64,000 nt of DNA. Origin: an uncultured Verrucomicrobiota bacterium. GTDB taxonomy: Bacteria; Verrucomicrobiota; Verrucomicrobiia; Limisphaerales; UBA9464. A model generated the notes under the pieces. The model was given only the letters and a program-made list of their open reading frames with translations. It did not search any database and was not told where the DNA came from. The stretch spans positions 204,604 to 268,603 of the forward strand of contig CAJAHH010000010.1 in assembly GCA_903939515.1 (NCBI GenBank), written 5' to 3'. Both the position numbers and the translations under genes were made by a program. Each line of letters opens with the position of its first letter. Positions within the stretch are counted from its first letter, which is position 1. Positions 30,007 through 39,499 of the stretch are shown here, one piece after another.

Positions 30007-30431
30007 CGCCGCTTGGGGAGCTGAGTTCCGATGCGGTAGCGAGTCAGTCCATTGCGACCAGCAATGTCGAGCAGACTCACCAGCACCTGCGACGGCGCTG
30101 AGCCCTCAACTCGGAGCACGAGCACTAAATTCGGATTTTGGCGGTAGGCCTTCACCAACTCCGTTTCCAATTCCCGCTCACTGAGCACCCGGGTTCCGGT
30201 CCGTGCAAACGTATACCGCCCCTCGGCCAGACCGTTCACGTTCGCCTCGTTGTTGGTGTCGGGACGGGTGCGAGCATCGCCCCCCACCGGCAGCTTCATG
30301 CTAATGCCCGGCTCCAAAGCCGGCGTGGTGATGATGAAAATAATCAGCAGCACGAACGCCAAATCCAGCAAGGGGGTGACGTTGATCTCGTTGAGCGTCA
30401 CCAGCGAATTGCGTTGGGAAAAACGGCGCAT
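30003..30431 (-). CDS. tolR: ExbD/TolR family biopolymer transport protein
   Basis: MRRFSQRNSLVTLNEINVTPLLDLAFVLLIIFIIT is the typical ExbD/TolR N-terminus with its TM helix. The ATG at 30429-30431 was verified, 2 nt after the upstream stop. Confidence 0.88.
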   Translation of the reverse strand: MRRFSQRNSLVTLNEINVTPLLDLAFVLLIIFIITTPALEPGISMKLPVGGDARTRPDTNNEANVNGLAEGRYTFARTGTRVLSERELETELVKAYRQNPNLVLVLRVEGSAPSQVLVSLLDIAGRNGLTRYRIGTQLPKRR

Positions 30432-30433
30432 GA

Positions 30434-31303
30434 TTATTCGAAAATCCGGAAGCCTGAGAATTGGACCAGAATAAAACCGGCCAAGGAAAGAAGGAGAACC
30501 GCCGCCATGACATAAACCCACTTCATCGAAACGTTTTTTGCACCCAGCGGATCCAATCTCTCATTAATAGAGCGGTGGAGCCTTCGGTTGCATTTCAGAC
30601 ATCGGGGCTCAGAACGCGCATTGGTCGTTTCGCAGTCGCGACAGACGACGAAGAGGTGCCCTCGGCACTGTTCACACCGCTGCAAACCTGCCGGATTGAG
30701 ATGGGTGCATTTGGCACAGACCACCGGCTCAGTGGAAACAGGAGAATGGCCCGAGGACCTCGCCGATGAGCCCGCGGACTTCTCCTCAGTGCGAGGTAGT
30801 TCACGATGAGGCGTCTCATGCTGAGTTTTGCGATGCAACCGACCGCGACAAGAGGCGCAGTGCATCAGCACCCGGGCATTTCGCTTCTGACACTTCGGGC
30901 AGTCGAGAAAGAGCCCTTCGCTGCAGCGCTCGCAACGCTCGCGATCGATCGGGTTCAGATGCTCACACTTGCAGCACAAAGTTCCCTTCCCCATCGGGCC
31001 CGAGGGATCTCCGTCCCAACGCGAAGTCACTGAAACTGCTTCCGGCTTAGAACCTAGCAACCCGGAAAACAACCCTCTCTGAAGGGAATGACCGCATTGG
31101 CGGCATTGCGAGAGAACTCGTTCATTGGTCGCCGAGCACTTCGAACACCCGACGAAGAGGGGTCTCGAGCAATACTTGCATGACTCCCGATCGGCCGGAT
31201 TCAGACGATTACAGTCCGGGCACAAGACTCCCCGTCCCGACTGCGGAATCTCCGAGGTCGGGTGGATCGAGTTGAAGGAGGACTGAGGAACCGGGTCACT
31301 CAT
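30434..31303 (-). CDS. tail-anchored protein with three double zinc-ribbon repeats
   Basis: There are three repeats of about 50 aa. Each follows the pattern CxxC-x9-CxxC-x6-CxxC-x9-CxxC (24 Cys in motifs). A C-terminal TM helix WVYVMAAVLLLSLAGFILVQF is present. The ATG at 31301-31303 overlaps the tolQ 3' end by 8 nt; the track start at 31351 is the alternative. Confidence 0.75.
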   Translation of the reverse strand: MSDPVPQSSFNSIHPTSEIPQSGRGVLCPDCNRLNPADRESCKYCSRPLFVGCSKCSATNERVLSQCRQCGHSLQRGLFSGLLGSKPEAVSVTSRWDGDPSGPMGKGTLCCKCEHLNPIDRERCERCSEGLFLDCPKCQKRNARVLMHCASCRGRLHRKTQHETPHRELPRTEEKSAGSSARSSGHSPVSTEPVVCAKCTHLNPAGLQRCEQCRGHLFVVCRDCETTNARSEPRCLKCNRRLHRSINERLDPLGAKNVSMKWVYVMAAVLLLSLAGFILVQFSGFRIFE

Positions 31304-32018
31304 CGTCGGGCAAGAACTCGGTCTCCATCTTGGAGGCCAGAGTCTGGGCAAAATTATCCAACTCCACGGTTAACACTCGCAGTGTGTGAACCAAATAATT
31401 GTATCCGAACATCGAAGGGATGGCCACGAGGAGACCCGCGACAGTGGTCACCAATGCGGCGGATACGCCGGGCGCCATTGCCGTCAGATCAGCGCGACCC
31501 GCCTTCGCGATCCCTCCGAAGGTGTCCATAACGCCCCAAACTGTGCCCAACAACCCCATGAATGGGCCACCGCTGACAGCAATGGCCAAGAGGATCAGGC
31601 CTGATTCTAGGCGCAGCGACTCACGGGCCACCGCCCCCTCCACCTGCCGTTTGACATGCTCGATGCTCTTGATCGACAGGCGAGTCCGCCGCGAGCCATC
31701 GGTCAGACGCAGCCGGGCTTCGAGATCGGTGCATCCATCGGTATACACCGAAAACATAGGGCACCCCTCGACGGGCAGACGACGGTCGAAAATACCCAGT
31801 ACGCCCTCCTGCTGGCGGAATTCGGTCTCGAAAAAGCCATTGTATTTGGCAGCCCGCCGCATTTGGAAAAACTTCTGAATCATCATCGACCACGCCCCGA
31901 TCGAGAGAATGCCCAGAATGAAAATGATCACCTTGGCCTCGGGCGTGGCTTTGTTCCAGATGAAGCCGAGGTCGGTGCCGCCCTGAGCGGCGGCGAGAAT
32001 CCCGAGTGAAATGGTCAT
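31296..32018 (-). CDS. tolQ: MotA/TolQ/ExbB proton-channel protein
   Basis: Three TM helices and the conserved C-terminal region GGPFMGLLGTVWGVM...APGVSAALVTTVAGL. The ATG at 32016-32018 was verified. Confidence 0.9.
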   Translation of the reverse strand: MTISLGILAAAQGGTDLGFIWNKATPEAKVIIFILGILSIGAWSMMIQKFFQMRRAAKYNGFFETEFRQQEGVLGIFDRRLPVEGCPMFSVYTDGCTDLEARLRLTDGSRRTRLSIKSIEHVKRQVEGAVARESLRLESGLILLAIAVSGGPFMGLLGTVWGVMDTFGGIAKAGRADLTAMAPGVSAALVTTVAGLLVAIPSMFGYNYLVHTLRVLTVELDNFAQTLASKMETEFLPDDE

Positions 32019-32414
32019 GAGTTCGGTTCGGTCGATCGTTTTGCGTCGAGCCGCCAGAAATGACGAACTGGAGCGCAAAACCAACGCAACTAGTTTTCAC
32101 TTTTTTTCTCCACGCCGCAATCCTGCCGCGCGGAAAACCCGCCTTGAGCGACCGCTTTCTTGGGGCAGGGCGACCGCATTGGAGGCCCGGGGCGGCTCAT
32201 TCCTCCAAAAGGAATTAGGAAACCCAACAGGGCCAAGGAGAGGTTCCCACTGCTCAACGGCTGTCCCCGGGACGAATTACTCGGCAAAATAAAACCGTTC
32301 ACTGCCTTTCCTCGGCTTAAAGCACCGATGTTTTCTCCCTCGATTCAGACCGGCCATTGCCGGGAATGCCATTCACCGCTTTAGTGGTCCCGGACCTAGG
32401 ACGGTTTGAGACCC

Positions 32415-35400
32415 ATGAAATTGACACCTGCACTCCTCCGCTGGCGAAGCCTGGTCTTTCATGCACAGCACCACCTGGGTGTCGTGCTGGCGGCGGCGGT
32501 CGCGGCGACCGTGCTTATCGGAGCCCTGACCGTCGGCGATTCGGTGCGGGAAACCCTCCGCCGCCGGGCGTTGGATCGCATCGGAACAGCAGCATTCCTC
32601 CTCGATGGCGGCGACCGGTTCTTCACGGCGCGCAACGGTGGCCCGGCCGGAGCTGGGCTCTCCAACACGCTGTCCGCTTTTGCTCTAAGGCTTCCGGGTG
32701 TGGTCACGCGCCAAGACGGGTCGGCTCGGGCCAACCAAGTGCGCGTCTACGGCGTCACGCAAGCTTTCTGGGCTCTCTCCCCCCGCATCTGTTCATTCCG
32801 GATGGACGATAACAGTGACGCCGTGCTCCTCAATGCTGCGCTGGCCCGGCAGCTTTCCGTCCAGGTCGGAGATGAACTGGTGGTACGTATTCACAAACCC
32901 TCAGCGTTGTCCCAAGATGCGGTGATTACTCCACGGGATGGAGCTAGTGTTGCGCTCCGCGTTCGAGTTGGGCGTATTCTGAGCGCGGCCGAATGGGGCG
33001 ACTTTTCACCTGAGGCAGGTTCTTTACCCCCGTTCAACCTATTCATCAACCACACCATTCTGGCCAAGGCAGCCGGCCTGGTAGGACGGGCCAATTTGGC
33101 CCTTGTGGGAGCTTCAGCCGAGGCCACCAACAGCCAATGGCTTTCTTCGCGAGTGGACAGTGGCTTTCGCCTCGCCGACGCCGAACTCGAGGTGCGACCG
33201 ATCCCTCTGCTGGCCGGCATCACCAACCCCTCATCAGCGCAGGTAGAACTCATCAGTCGCCGGATCTTCCTGGATCCGGTGGTCACGCAAGCTCTGGACC
33301 ACCAGACTCCGAGTCTCCCCAAGCCAGTTCCAATCCTGACCTATCTGGCCAATGCCATCGAAAACGGTGCCCGATCGGCCCCTTACTCGATGGTCACGGC
33401 CGCCGGCTCCCCATTCACCCCGGAAGGAATGACCGATGACGAAATTCTCATTAATTCCTGGCTAGCCGAAGACCTGGCAGTGAAACCCGGGGACTGGGTC
33501 TCACTCCTGTCCTATCGGGTGGACACAGGGGCTCGCCTGGTGGAGGAAACCAACCGGTTTCGTGTGCGGGCCATTGTTCCCCTGCAAGGGCTCCACGCCG
33601 ACCGGTCGCTGATGCCGGAGTTCCCCGGGCTAACCAAAGCGGAGAGCACCCAAGATTGGGATGCGGGCTTCGAATTAACGCGGCCAATTCGGGACAAGGA
33701 CGAAGCCTACTGGAAGCAATGGCGAGGAACACCTAAAGCCTTCATCACTCTGTCGGCCGGGCGAAAGATGTGGGCCAACCGCTTCGGGAACGCCACCGGA
33801 GTTCGATGGTTTGCGGGCGATTTCTGGGACACCCAGACCCTAGCCCGCGGGATCTCCCAAGAATTGGAACGCAGGATTCCGCCAGCGGATTTGGGATTGC
33901 GCTTCCAACCCCTCACCGGGCCCGCCTTAGCGGCCGCTCAAGGGGGGCAAGATTTCGGCGGCCTGTTCATCGGATTCAGCTTCTTCCTGATCTTGTCCGC
34001 ACTCCTGTTGCTGAACTTGGTTTTCCGCTTCGGCATCGAACGCCGTGTCCAAGAGGTGGGCACCTTGTTGGCGCTGGGCTGGACCCCGAAGGCAACTGCA
34101 CGACTCTTCTTCCGCGAAGGACTCCTGCTGGCGGCCCTCGGAGCCACTCTGGGAACCGGCGGCGGGCTGCTCTACGGACTGGCCGTACTTATGGGCCTCA
34201 ACACGCTTTGGCGGGATGCCGTCGCCGGAGCCTCACTCGATTTCCATCCGGCCCTTGCCTCCATGGTCGGAGGATGGTTGGCGGCGGTGCTCATGGTCGC
34301 CTGGACCCAGCGCCGAGCCCTGAGGCTCATCGTCCGACGCAGCCCCCGAGAGTTGCTCAACGACGGGTCTTCGGTGGGCTCGGGCGTGGGTGAGTCTGTT
34401 TCCATTTTCTGGCCCGGGCTAACGCTGCTGGGAGCCATTTCACTGGCCCTCCTCGGAGCAAAAGCCGATCCCGCACTGCGTCCTGGCTACTTCTTCGGAT
34501 CGGGGGCGTTGCTGCTTGGATTCGGCCTCCTTTTCCACCGGCGGCAGCTTCGAAATTCACGAACCGATTCGGTCGCCACTACCCGCTCCCAACTCCATTC
34601 CCGCGCACCGGCTCGACAACCCAACCGCTCGGCAGCGGTGGTCAGCCTGTTGGCGGTGGCCGTGTTTCTCATCGTGGCCGTGGCCGCGAACCGTCTCGAT
34701 GCCTCCCGGGATGCCCGTGAACGCGGCTCTGGCACCGGAGGATTTAGCCTCTGGGCGGTGTCCTCGCTCCCCGTCAGCGAAGATTTCAACACCATCCGGG
34801 GTCAAGAGAAACTGGGTCTGGATCCCCAACGCCTGAAGGGAATGTCCGTCGTTCCCATGCGAGTCCGAGAGGGAGATGATGCGAGTTGCCTCAATCTGAA
34901 TCGAGCCCAACGCCCCCGTCTGTTGGGAGTGCGCCCGGAATCATTGGCTGAGCGGAAGGCCTTTACCTTCCAGTCGCTGGCCGATGGCATACCCACCGAT
35001 CGCCCTTGGATGAGCCTAGAGCACACCGGAAACACCAACGAACCCGTCCCCGCTATCGGCGATGCCAATTCCATCCAATGGGCCCTAGGCAAGAAGATCG
35101 GGGACACCTTGGACTATATCGATGAACGCGGCCACCCGTTCCAAGTGCGCCTGGTGGGTTCTGTGGCCAACTCTATCCTTCAAGGTCAGTTGTTAATCTC
35201 AGAGGCCGAATTCCTCCGCCATTTCCCCGGCGAAAACGGCTACCGCTCCTTCCTCATCGACACCGACGAGCCTGCAAAACCCGTCGCCGAAGAATTAACT
35301 CGGGGCTTGGCCGACTTAGGGCTCGAAACCACTAGCACCGTGGACCGACTCAACCGCTTCAACGCGGTCCAGAATACTTACCTCAACACCTTTCAGTGGC

Positions 35401-35756
35401 TGGGAGGCCTCGGTCTACTGCTGGGCAGCGTCGGATTAGGATTGGTCGTCCAGCGCAATGTTTTGGAGCGCCGGGGCGAACTAGCCCTGCTCGCTGCAGT
35501 GGGATTCCCGAAGTCTCAGATCCAATCCATGATCCTATCGGAGCACCTTCGGTTGCTGGCACGCGGCATGATCCTGGGCATCGCGGCAGCCCTGCTGGCA
35601 ACAGTTCCAATCTGGAGCGCAAATCTCCGGGGATTACCGTGGATTTCGCTGGGTTGGATCCTGGGGGCAGTCTTCCTCAATGGCGTCTTCTGGACCTGGC
35701 TAGCGACCCGTCAAGCCTGCCGTGGCGAACTCTTGGCAGCCCTGCGCGGAGAGTAA
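32415..35756 (+). CDS. large FtsX-family ABC transporter permease (two FtsX/MacB-like modules)
   Basis: About 1110 aa with two clusters of TM helices, each preceded by a large periplasmic domain. The C-terminal FtsX-like helices are LLGSVGLGLVVQRNVLERRGELALLAAVGF. No ATPase gene is adjacent. Confidence 0.8.
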   Translation: MKLTPALLRWRSLVFHAQHHLGVVLAAAVAATVLIGALTVGDSVRETLRRRALDRIGTAAFLLDGGDRFFTARNGGPAGAGLSNTLSAFALRLPGVVTRQDGSARANQVRVYGVTQAFWALSPRICSFRMDDNSDAVLLNAALARQLSVQVGDELVVRIHKPSALSQDAVITPRDGASVALRVRVGRILSAAEWGDFSPEAGSLPPFNLFINHTILAKAAGLVGRANLALVGASAEATNSQWLSSRVDSGFRLADAELEVRPIPLLAGITNPSSAQVELISRRIFLDPVVTQALDHQTPSLPKPVPILTYLANAIENGARSAPYSMVTAAGSPFTPEGMTDDEILINSWLAEDLAVKPGDWVSLLSYRVDTGARLVEETNRFRVRAIVPLQGLHADRSLMPEFPGLTKAESTQDWDAGFELTRPIRDKDEAYWKQWRGTPKAFITLSAGRKMWANRFGNATGVRWFAGDFWDTQTLARGISQELERRIPPADLGLRFQPLTGPALAAAQGGQDFGGLFIGFSFFLILSALLLLNLVFRFGIERRVQEVGTLLALGWTPKATARLFFREGLLLAALGATLGTGGGLLYGLAVLMGLNTLWRDAVAGASLDFHPALASMVGGWLAAVLMVAWTQRRALRLIVRRSPRELLNDGSSVGSGVGESVSIFWPGLTLLGAISLALLGAKADPALRPGYFFGSGALLLGFGLLFHRRQLRNSRTDSVATTRSQLHSRAPARQPNRSAAVVSLLAVAVFLIVAVAANRLDASRDARERGSGTGGFSLWAVSSLPVSEDFNTIRGQEKLGLDPQRLKGMSVVPMRVREGDDASCLNLNRAQRPRLLGVRPESLAERKAFTFQSLADGIPTDRPWMSLEHTGNTNEPVPAIGDANSIQWALGKKIGDTLDYIDERGHPFQVRLVGSVANSILQGQLLISEAEFLRHFPGENGYRSFLIDTDEPAKPVAEELTRGLADLGLETTSTVDRLNRFNAVQNTYLNTFQWLGGLGLLLGSVGLGLVVQRNVLERRGELALLAAVGFPKSQIQSMILSEHLRLLARGMILGIAAALLATVPIWSANLRGLPWISLGWILGAVFLNGVFWTWLATRQACRGELLAALRGE

Positions 35757-35772
35757 ACCCCACCCCTCGAAC

Positions 35773-36075
35773 TCAATCCCCGCCGAAGAGACGTTTTAAA
35801 TCGGCGCGCGCCTGATCTTCGCGAGAATCGCCCGCACCGGCATCTGCACGCCACTCCCGTGACTGGAAGTCGAAGTATTCGCAGAAATTGGCGGAATCCT
35901 TCTCAGCCACAGGCTCTGCCCGACGCTCACGACACTGATAGGCGGCTTGGCGGTCATGAAACTTGCAGTTGAGGCAAACCCTCAGGTCAGCCCGGCACTG
36001 CGGACAACTCTCACTGCGGCCTGGGGCGTCCCGGAGTGTCCAAAGCCAACCGCACCGGTGGCAGTGTCGCGTCAT
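35773..36075 (-). CDS. small Cys-rich (zinc-ribbon-like) protein
   Basis: 100 aa with CHRC, CPQC, CLNC and further Cys/His residues (YQCRE, NFCEYF), followed by an acidic tail. Confidence 0.6.
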   Translation of the reverse strand: MTRHCHRCGWLWTLRDAPGRSESCPQCRADLRVCLNCKFHDRQAAYQCRERRAEPVAEKDSANFCEYFDFQSREWRADAGAGDSREDQARADLKRLFGGD

Positions 36076-36187
36076 GGTCTAAAGAATAGGCCTCTGGTTT
36101 TCCAACGGAAGACTCAAACGCAACGGAGACCGGCACCGGGAAAAAATTCAGCTCAAGTTCTTAGCGAGCCCTGCCGATACCCCGCCT

Positions 36188-36688
36188 ATGGCTTCTCAAT
36201 TTGTCTCGGCACGTGACGAACAAAAACCTCGGCAGGAGCTCCATTTCCTTCGATCAGCGGCCGTTCTCTTGCTCCTCACGGCCACAGCCAAAGCTGTCAG
36301 TATATTCGGCACCCAAAGCATTTTAGAAAAAGCAGACCCGATTTTTTGGGTGCTCAAGAACCGGGACCTACTCGTGCTAGTGGCGGCCCTCGAGGCATTC
36401 GTTGCACTTTTGCTGCTTTCAAAAGTTTCCCTGTCTATCAAGCGAGGGTCGCTCATTTGGCTCTGCACCAACTTCCTCCTGTATCGCATGGGGCTTTGGA
36501 TCACCGACGCCCCCGTTGCTTGCAAATGCTTGGGCGACCTCGCTGAACGCATCGGACTGTCCGACTCCCAAGCCTCTTGGGTCATGCTGGGCGCTCTCGG
36601 TTACATGCTGGGGGGCAGCCTCTTCTTCTTCTGGCGATCCCGATCCGTTCAACTCTTACAAGAAACCGTCTTCCACAGGCCGGTATGA
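36188..36688 (+). CDS. four-helix integral membrane protein, unknown function
   Basis: Four hydrophobic segments: [52 protein letters not shown] and [19 protein letters not shown]. Confidence 0.6.
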   Translation: MASQFVSARDEQKPRQELHFLRSAAVLLLLTATAKAVSIFGTQSILEKADPIFWVLKNRDLLVLVAALEAFVALLLLSKVSLSIKRGSLIWLCTNFLLYRMGLWITDAPVACKCLGDLAERIGLSDSQASWVMLGALGYMLGGSLFFFWRSRSVQLLQETVFHRPV

Positions 36689-36794
36689 AACCGAAATCAA
36701 GCCTCCAAGCTTGAGGTTCGCTACCGCAAACCCGATCGCTACCACCAATTCGATCGCAACAATCAATTCGACCGCAAAACTCGACGCTGCAGAC

Positions 36795-37745
36795 ATGATC
36801 GCCCCCAAACTCACCGAACCCAGCGACCGAGTCCCACCCCACGAGATAAAAACCTATCGGGAGATAAATACCCGCAGGGGCGACCCCTCATCCTCTCATC
36901 CACCCTGGGAAACCTTAAATTCAACTTCGAGGTGCTGTCCACAAACGGCGGCCGCGCGTGCCGGACAGAACTCGGGCTTCACCCTGATCGAACTCCTCGT
37001 CGTCATTGCCATCATCGCCATTCTGGCTGGCCTTATTCTGCCGGCACTGGCCGGAGCCAAACGCCGAGCGGCTACCACCCAATGCCTGTCACAGCTCCGG
37101 CAATTCGGATTAGCAGGCGGTCTCTACGCCAATGACCACGCCGAATTCATCCCTCCAAACCGCGACGGCGAAGACGTCCCTTTGGGTGAAACCTGGGTCC
37201 AGGGATGGCTGGGTATGCCCGGTCCAGATTGCACCAATACGCTCTTTCTCAAGCAGAGCCTCCTTGCGCCCTACGTCCAGAATACGGCGCTCTGGAAATG
37301 CCCTTCGGCCCAAGATGTGACCCTCGGGCCTTTTCGGATGCCGCGAGTGCGCACTGTCTCCCTTAACGCCTTCATGGGATCTAGTGTCCGGTCTCCTGCG
37401 GCCGAGACTTACCGCCGCATGTCGGACCTCATCCAACTGTCTCCCAGCGAAGCGCTCACTTTCCTTGAGGAACGCCCCGAAACCATCAACGACGGAGCCT
37501 TCTCCCTGCAGTGGGATTTCAAAGAGTCCCAACCCTCCGGGTGGATGGTCCGCGACAAGCCCGGCCATTTGCACAACCGGTCGGGCAACATCGCCTTCGG
37601 AGACGGCCATGTGGAAACCCACCACTGGAAGAACCTCGGAGTACCCTCGGTGCCCCGAAATGATTTTGAAGCCCCCAACGATCCGGACGTGCTGTGGTTG
37701 CAGCGTCACGCCACGTGGCGGGCACCCGAGGCAGCCGGCAATTAA
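36795..37745 (+). CDS. prepilin-type N-terminal cleavage/methylation domain protein of the H-X9-DG (DUF1559-like) class
   Basis: G|[24 protein letters not shown] class III signal (F codon at 36978). The C-terminal [13 protein letters not shown] matches H-X9-DG. The start is unresolved: the only in-frame ATG (36795) gives a 61-aa leader. Confidence 0.8.
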   Translation: MIAPKLTEPSDRVPPHEIKTYREINTRRGDPSSSHPPWETLNSTSRCCPQTAAARAGQNSGFTLIELLVVIAIIAILAGLILPALAGAKRRAATTQCLSQLRQFGLAGGLYANDHAEFIPPNRDGEDVPLGETWVQGWLGMPGPDCTNTLFLKQSLLAPYVQNTALWKCPSAQDVTLGPFRMPRVRTVSLNAFMGSSVRSPAAETYRRMSDLIQLSPSEALTFLEERPETINDGAFSLQWDFKESQPSGWMVRDKPGHLHNRSGNIAFGDGHVETHHWKNLGVPSVPRNDFEAPNDPDVLWLQRHATWRAPEAAGN

Positions 37746-37782
37746 CGGTTGAGAGCCTCCCCGGGCCCGAACAATCCACTCC

Positions 37783-38229
37783 ATGAACCCCACTGCAGGC
37801 TCAATGTCATGGAAGGGCTATCTGATATTTTGTGGAGTGGGAGCCAGCGGTCTGTTGGTAGATATGGGGCTCTTTCACCTGCTGCACCTGCGGTTCGGGT
37901 GGCCGCTCGAAGCCTCCAAGCTCGCGGCCGCCGAAATTGCGTTACTGAACAACTTTCTGTGGAATGACCGCTGGACCTTCGGCCACCGACCGATCGAAAG
38001 CGACGCGCCCTGGCCCCGCCGGCTCTTCCGTTTCCACGTCATTTGCCTTTCCGGGATTGCCCTCACACTATTGCTTCTCGGGGTCCTGCACCGGTGGGCG
38101 GGTCTCAATGCTGAAATAGCCAACGCCGTGGCGATCGTGGGGGTTAGCGGCTGGAACTTCGCCTGGAGTCGCCGGTGGGGATGGTCTTCCCGGGTTGCCC
38201 CAAACTCACACACACCAGACAAGCCGTGA
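37783..38229 (+). CDS. GtrA-family membrane protein
   Basis: 148 aa with four TM helices and FCGVGASGLLVDMGLF...NNFLWNDRWTF, typical of GtrA-like proteins. Confidence 0.8.
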   Translation: MNPTAGSMSWKGYLIFCGVGASGLLVDMGLFHLLHLRFGWPLEASKLAAAEIALLNNFLWNDRWTFGHRPIESDAPWPRRLFRFHVICLSGIALTLLLLGVLHRWAGLNAEIANAVAIVGVSGWNFAWSRRWGWSSRVAPNSHTPDKP

Positions 38230-39440
38230 CTGTCGCGCCTCGAAATTCTCCGCGTTGGATCCGCGCCGCGGGCTGGATCCTGCTCGGAAAACTCATTTAC
38301 CTGGGCACCTTAATCGCTGCGTTGGCCGTGTGGAACCATCCGGAGCAACTCCCCGAGTTGGAGGTTCGTTGGCCGATCGGTGCGGCCCCCACCTTCGAGA
38401 GTCACTTCGCCACCTGGGATGCCGCGCACTACCTCCTTCTGGCCACTCAAGGCTACGCCGACGGCGTCCGCTCCTGCGCCTTCTATCCGCTGTGGCCCTT
38501 GCTGTGGCGCGGAGTGATCGGCCTCGGGGCACCTCCGGTTTGGGGAGGGCTCATCCTGGCCAACCTGCTCTCCACACTCGGCCTGGCTCTCGTTTATCGG
38601 GCGGCCGCCCTTCGGTTTGATGCCTCCAGAGCGTTTTGGACGGTCCTCTTCATGGCCGTCTACCCGGGCAACTTGTTTCTGCAGTTCAGCTACAGCGAAG
38701 GGGCGTTCCTCGTCCTGTTGATGTGCCTCTGGAGTGGTTTGGAGGAGCGCCGGTGGCTGCCTGCGGCGTTCGGGGCATTGCTGCTTCCACTCAGCCGGGC
38801 CATTGGTGTTTTCTCAGTCATCCCCATCGCCTTCTGGCTGCTGAAACATCCAAGGGTCGCTCCCCGTTGGAATGCCGCGCTCTCGCGAATTCCTCGCCTG
38901 AAAACAGGGTTGCTCCACTGCGAAAGCGATGAGTCGCGTCATGGAGCGCGTTGGCTGCTATTGCTCATTATCCCACCGATTGGATGGGCGCTGTATCTGG
39001 GATTAATGAACTTTTGGACAGGCAACCCCTTTGAGGGCTTTGAAGCGCAAAAAACTTGGGGACGCCATTCGATCCTGAACTTGGTCAATGTCCCTAAGTT
39101 TGTCCTAGAATACCTCAACCCGCGCTACTTCCACGAGTTTGCCGACTCGATGCTCGACCGGTTGTGCTTTCTGGCTGTGGCCTATTCGCTGCCGGCCCTG
39201 TGGCGGAGCGACCGGACCCAGATTCCATGGATATACGTGCTAGGAATCCTCCCGGCCATGAGCGGCGCGTTCACGTCGTATATCCGCTTTTCGGGGATGG
39301 CTTTTCCGATCTTCTTAGTTTGGTCGGCTCCGGCCACATCGCGTCCCTTGCGCCTCCTCCGGTGGATCGGGCTGGCCGTCTTGGGGGTGCTCCACCTGCA
39401 CCTCACCCGCAACTTCGTACTCAGCCGTTGGGCGGGTTAA
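38226..39440 (+). CDS. polytopic membrane glycosyltransferase-like protein (PIG-V/GT-C-like)
   Basis: Multi-TM protein with FATWDAAHYLLLATQGYA and AFYPLWPLL motifs, reminiscent of PIG-V-type mannosyltransferases. Its GTG start overlaps the gtrA stop as GTGA (38226-38229, verified). Confidence 0.6.
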   Translation: MTVAPRNSPRWIRAAGWILLGKLIYLGTLIAALAVWNHPEQLPELEVRWPIGAAPTFESHFATWDAAHYLLLATQGYADGVRSCAFYPLWPLLWRGVIGLGAPPVWGGLILANLLSTLGLALVYRAAALRFDASRAFWTVLFMAVYPGNLFLQFSYSEGAFLVLLMCLWSGLEERRWLPAAFGALLLPLSRAIGVFSVIPIAFWLLKHPRVAPRWNAALSRIPRLKTGLLHCESDESRHGARWLLLLIIPPIGWALYLGLMNFWTGNPFEGFEAQKTWGRHSILNLVNVPKFVLEYLNPRYFHEFADSMLDRLCFLAVAYSLPALWRSDRTQIPWIYVLGILPAMSGAFTSYIRFSGMAFPIFLVWSAPATSRPLRLLRWIGLAVLGVLHLHLTRNFVLSRWAG

Positions 39441-39499
39441 TTGCAGCGGATTGAGACAGGGAATTTCGCGTCGTCGCCAACTCAAACGGCGGCTAAGCT

